Shown in pieces: positions 63,771-64,000 of a DNA stretch of 64,000 nucleotides (its first letter is position 1; each line of letters opens with the position of its first letter). The DNA comes from Octopus sinensis (Eukaryota): NCBI RefSeq assembly GCF_006345805.1, contig NW_021831285.1:62001-126000 (forward strand), given 5' to 3'. Under the pieces are notes generated by a model that saw only the letters and a list, made by a program, of their open reading frames with translations, did not search any database and was not told where the DNA came from. The translations under genes and the position numbers were made by a program.

Positions 63771-64000
63771 GCTGAAGATGTACTAAGGAGAAAAACACTG
63801 GGAGATGCGACACTAATTAAACTGCTTTACAACGCGTTTGTGAACCCGATCCTACAGTACAACGAGGGACATGGAGAAGGCAACTATTAAAACTAAATAC
63901 GTTTCATAAAAGGCAACTAAGAAGCTTATATTGAATGAAGTAGTCACAAAGAATATCAATCACGGATATTTACAATAGACTTATGTGCTCCTACATCGGC

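Overview
This is an AT-rich eukaryotic (almost certainly metazoan) genomic window. Small islands of compact host genes sit in a dense field of nested transposable elements. Host genes I could reconstruct by hand: a Tudor-domain (TDRD-like) gene, URM1, EXOC8/Exo84, TEKTL1/CCDC105, Derlin-2-like, a small CAP-Gly protein, SGT1/SUGT1, PDIA3/ERp57-like, MRPS18B and IQUB. Their introns are tiny: 46 of about 47 inferred introns are 20-30 nt. The genetic code is standard (TAA, TAG and TGA are all used as stops). Together with ciliary genes this best fits a dicyemid-like mesozoan (inference; taxon not verified). TEs include hAT/Buster (three copies with perfect 8-bp nnnTAnnn TSDs), Tc1, two Tigger/pogo, Helitron pieces, a Ginger-like integrase, two TG..CA TIR elements with 5-bp TSDs, and non-LTR elements of RTE-like, Jockey/I-like, CRE-like and R4/Dong-like types. 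The best discovery is a full-length ingi/Vingi-like LINE (38380-42932, minus). Its 5' end falls exactly on G1 of a textbook HDV-like self-cleaving ribozyme, followed by a viral-type 2A StopGo peptide (GDIEQNPGP) ahead of the APE-RT ORF. Other highlights: an EXOC8 with a tandemly duplicated PH domain, a possible GT-GG micro-intron, and X-box-like motifs before both ciliary genes. Several single-base indels suggest residual long-read errors, so individual frameshifts should be treated with caution. All homology calls come from recognising motifs by eye; no searches were run.
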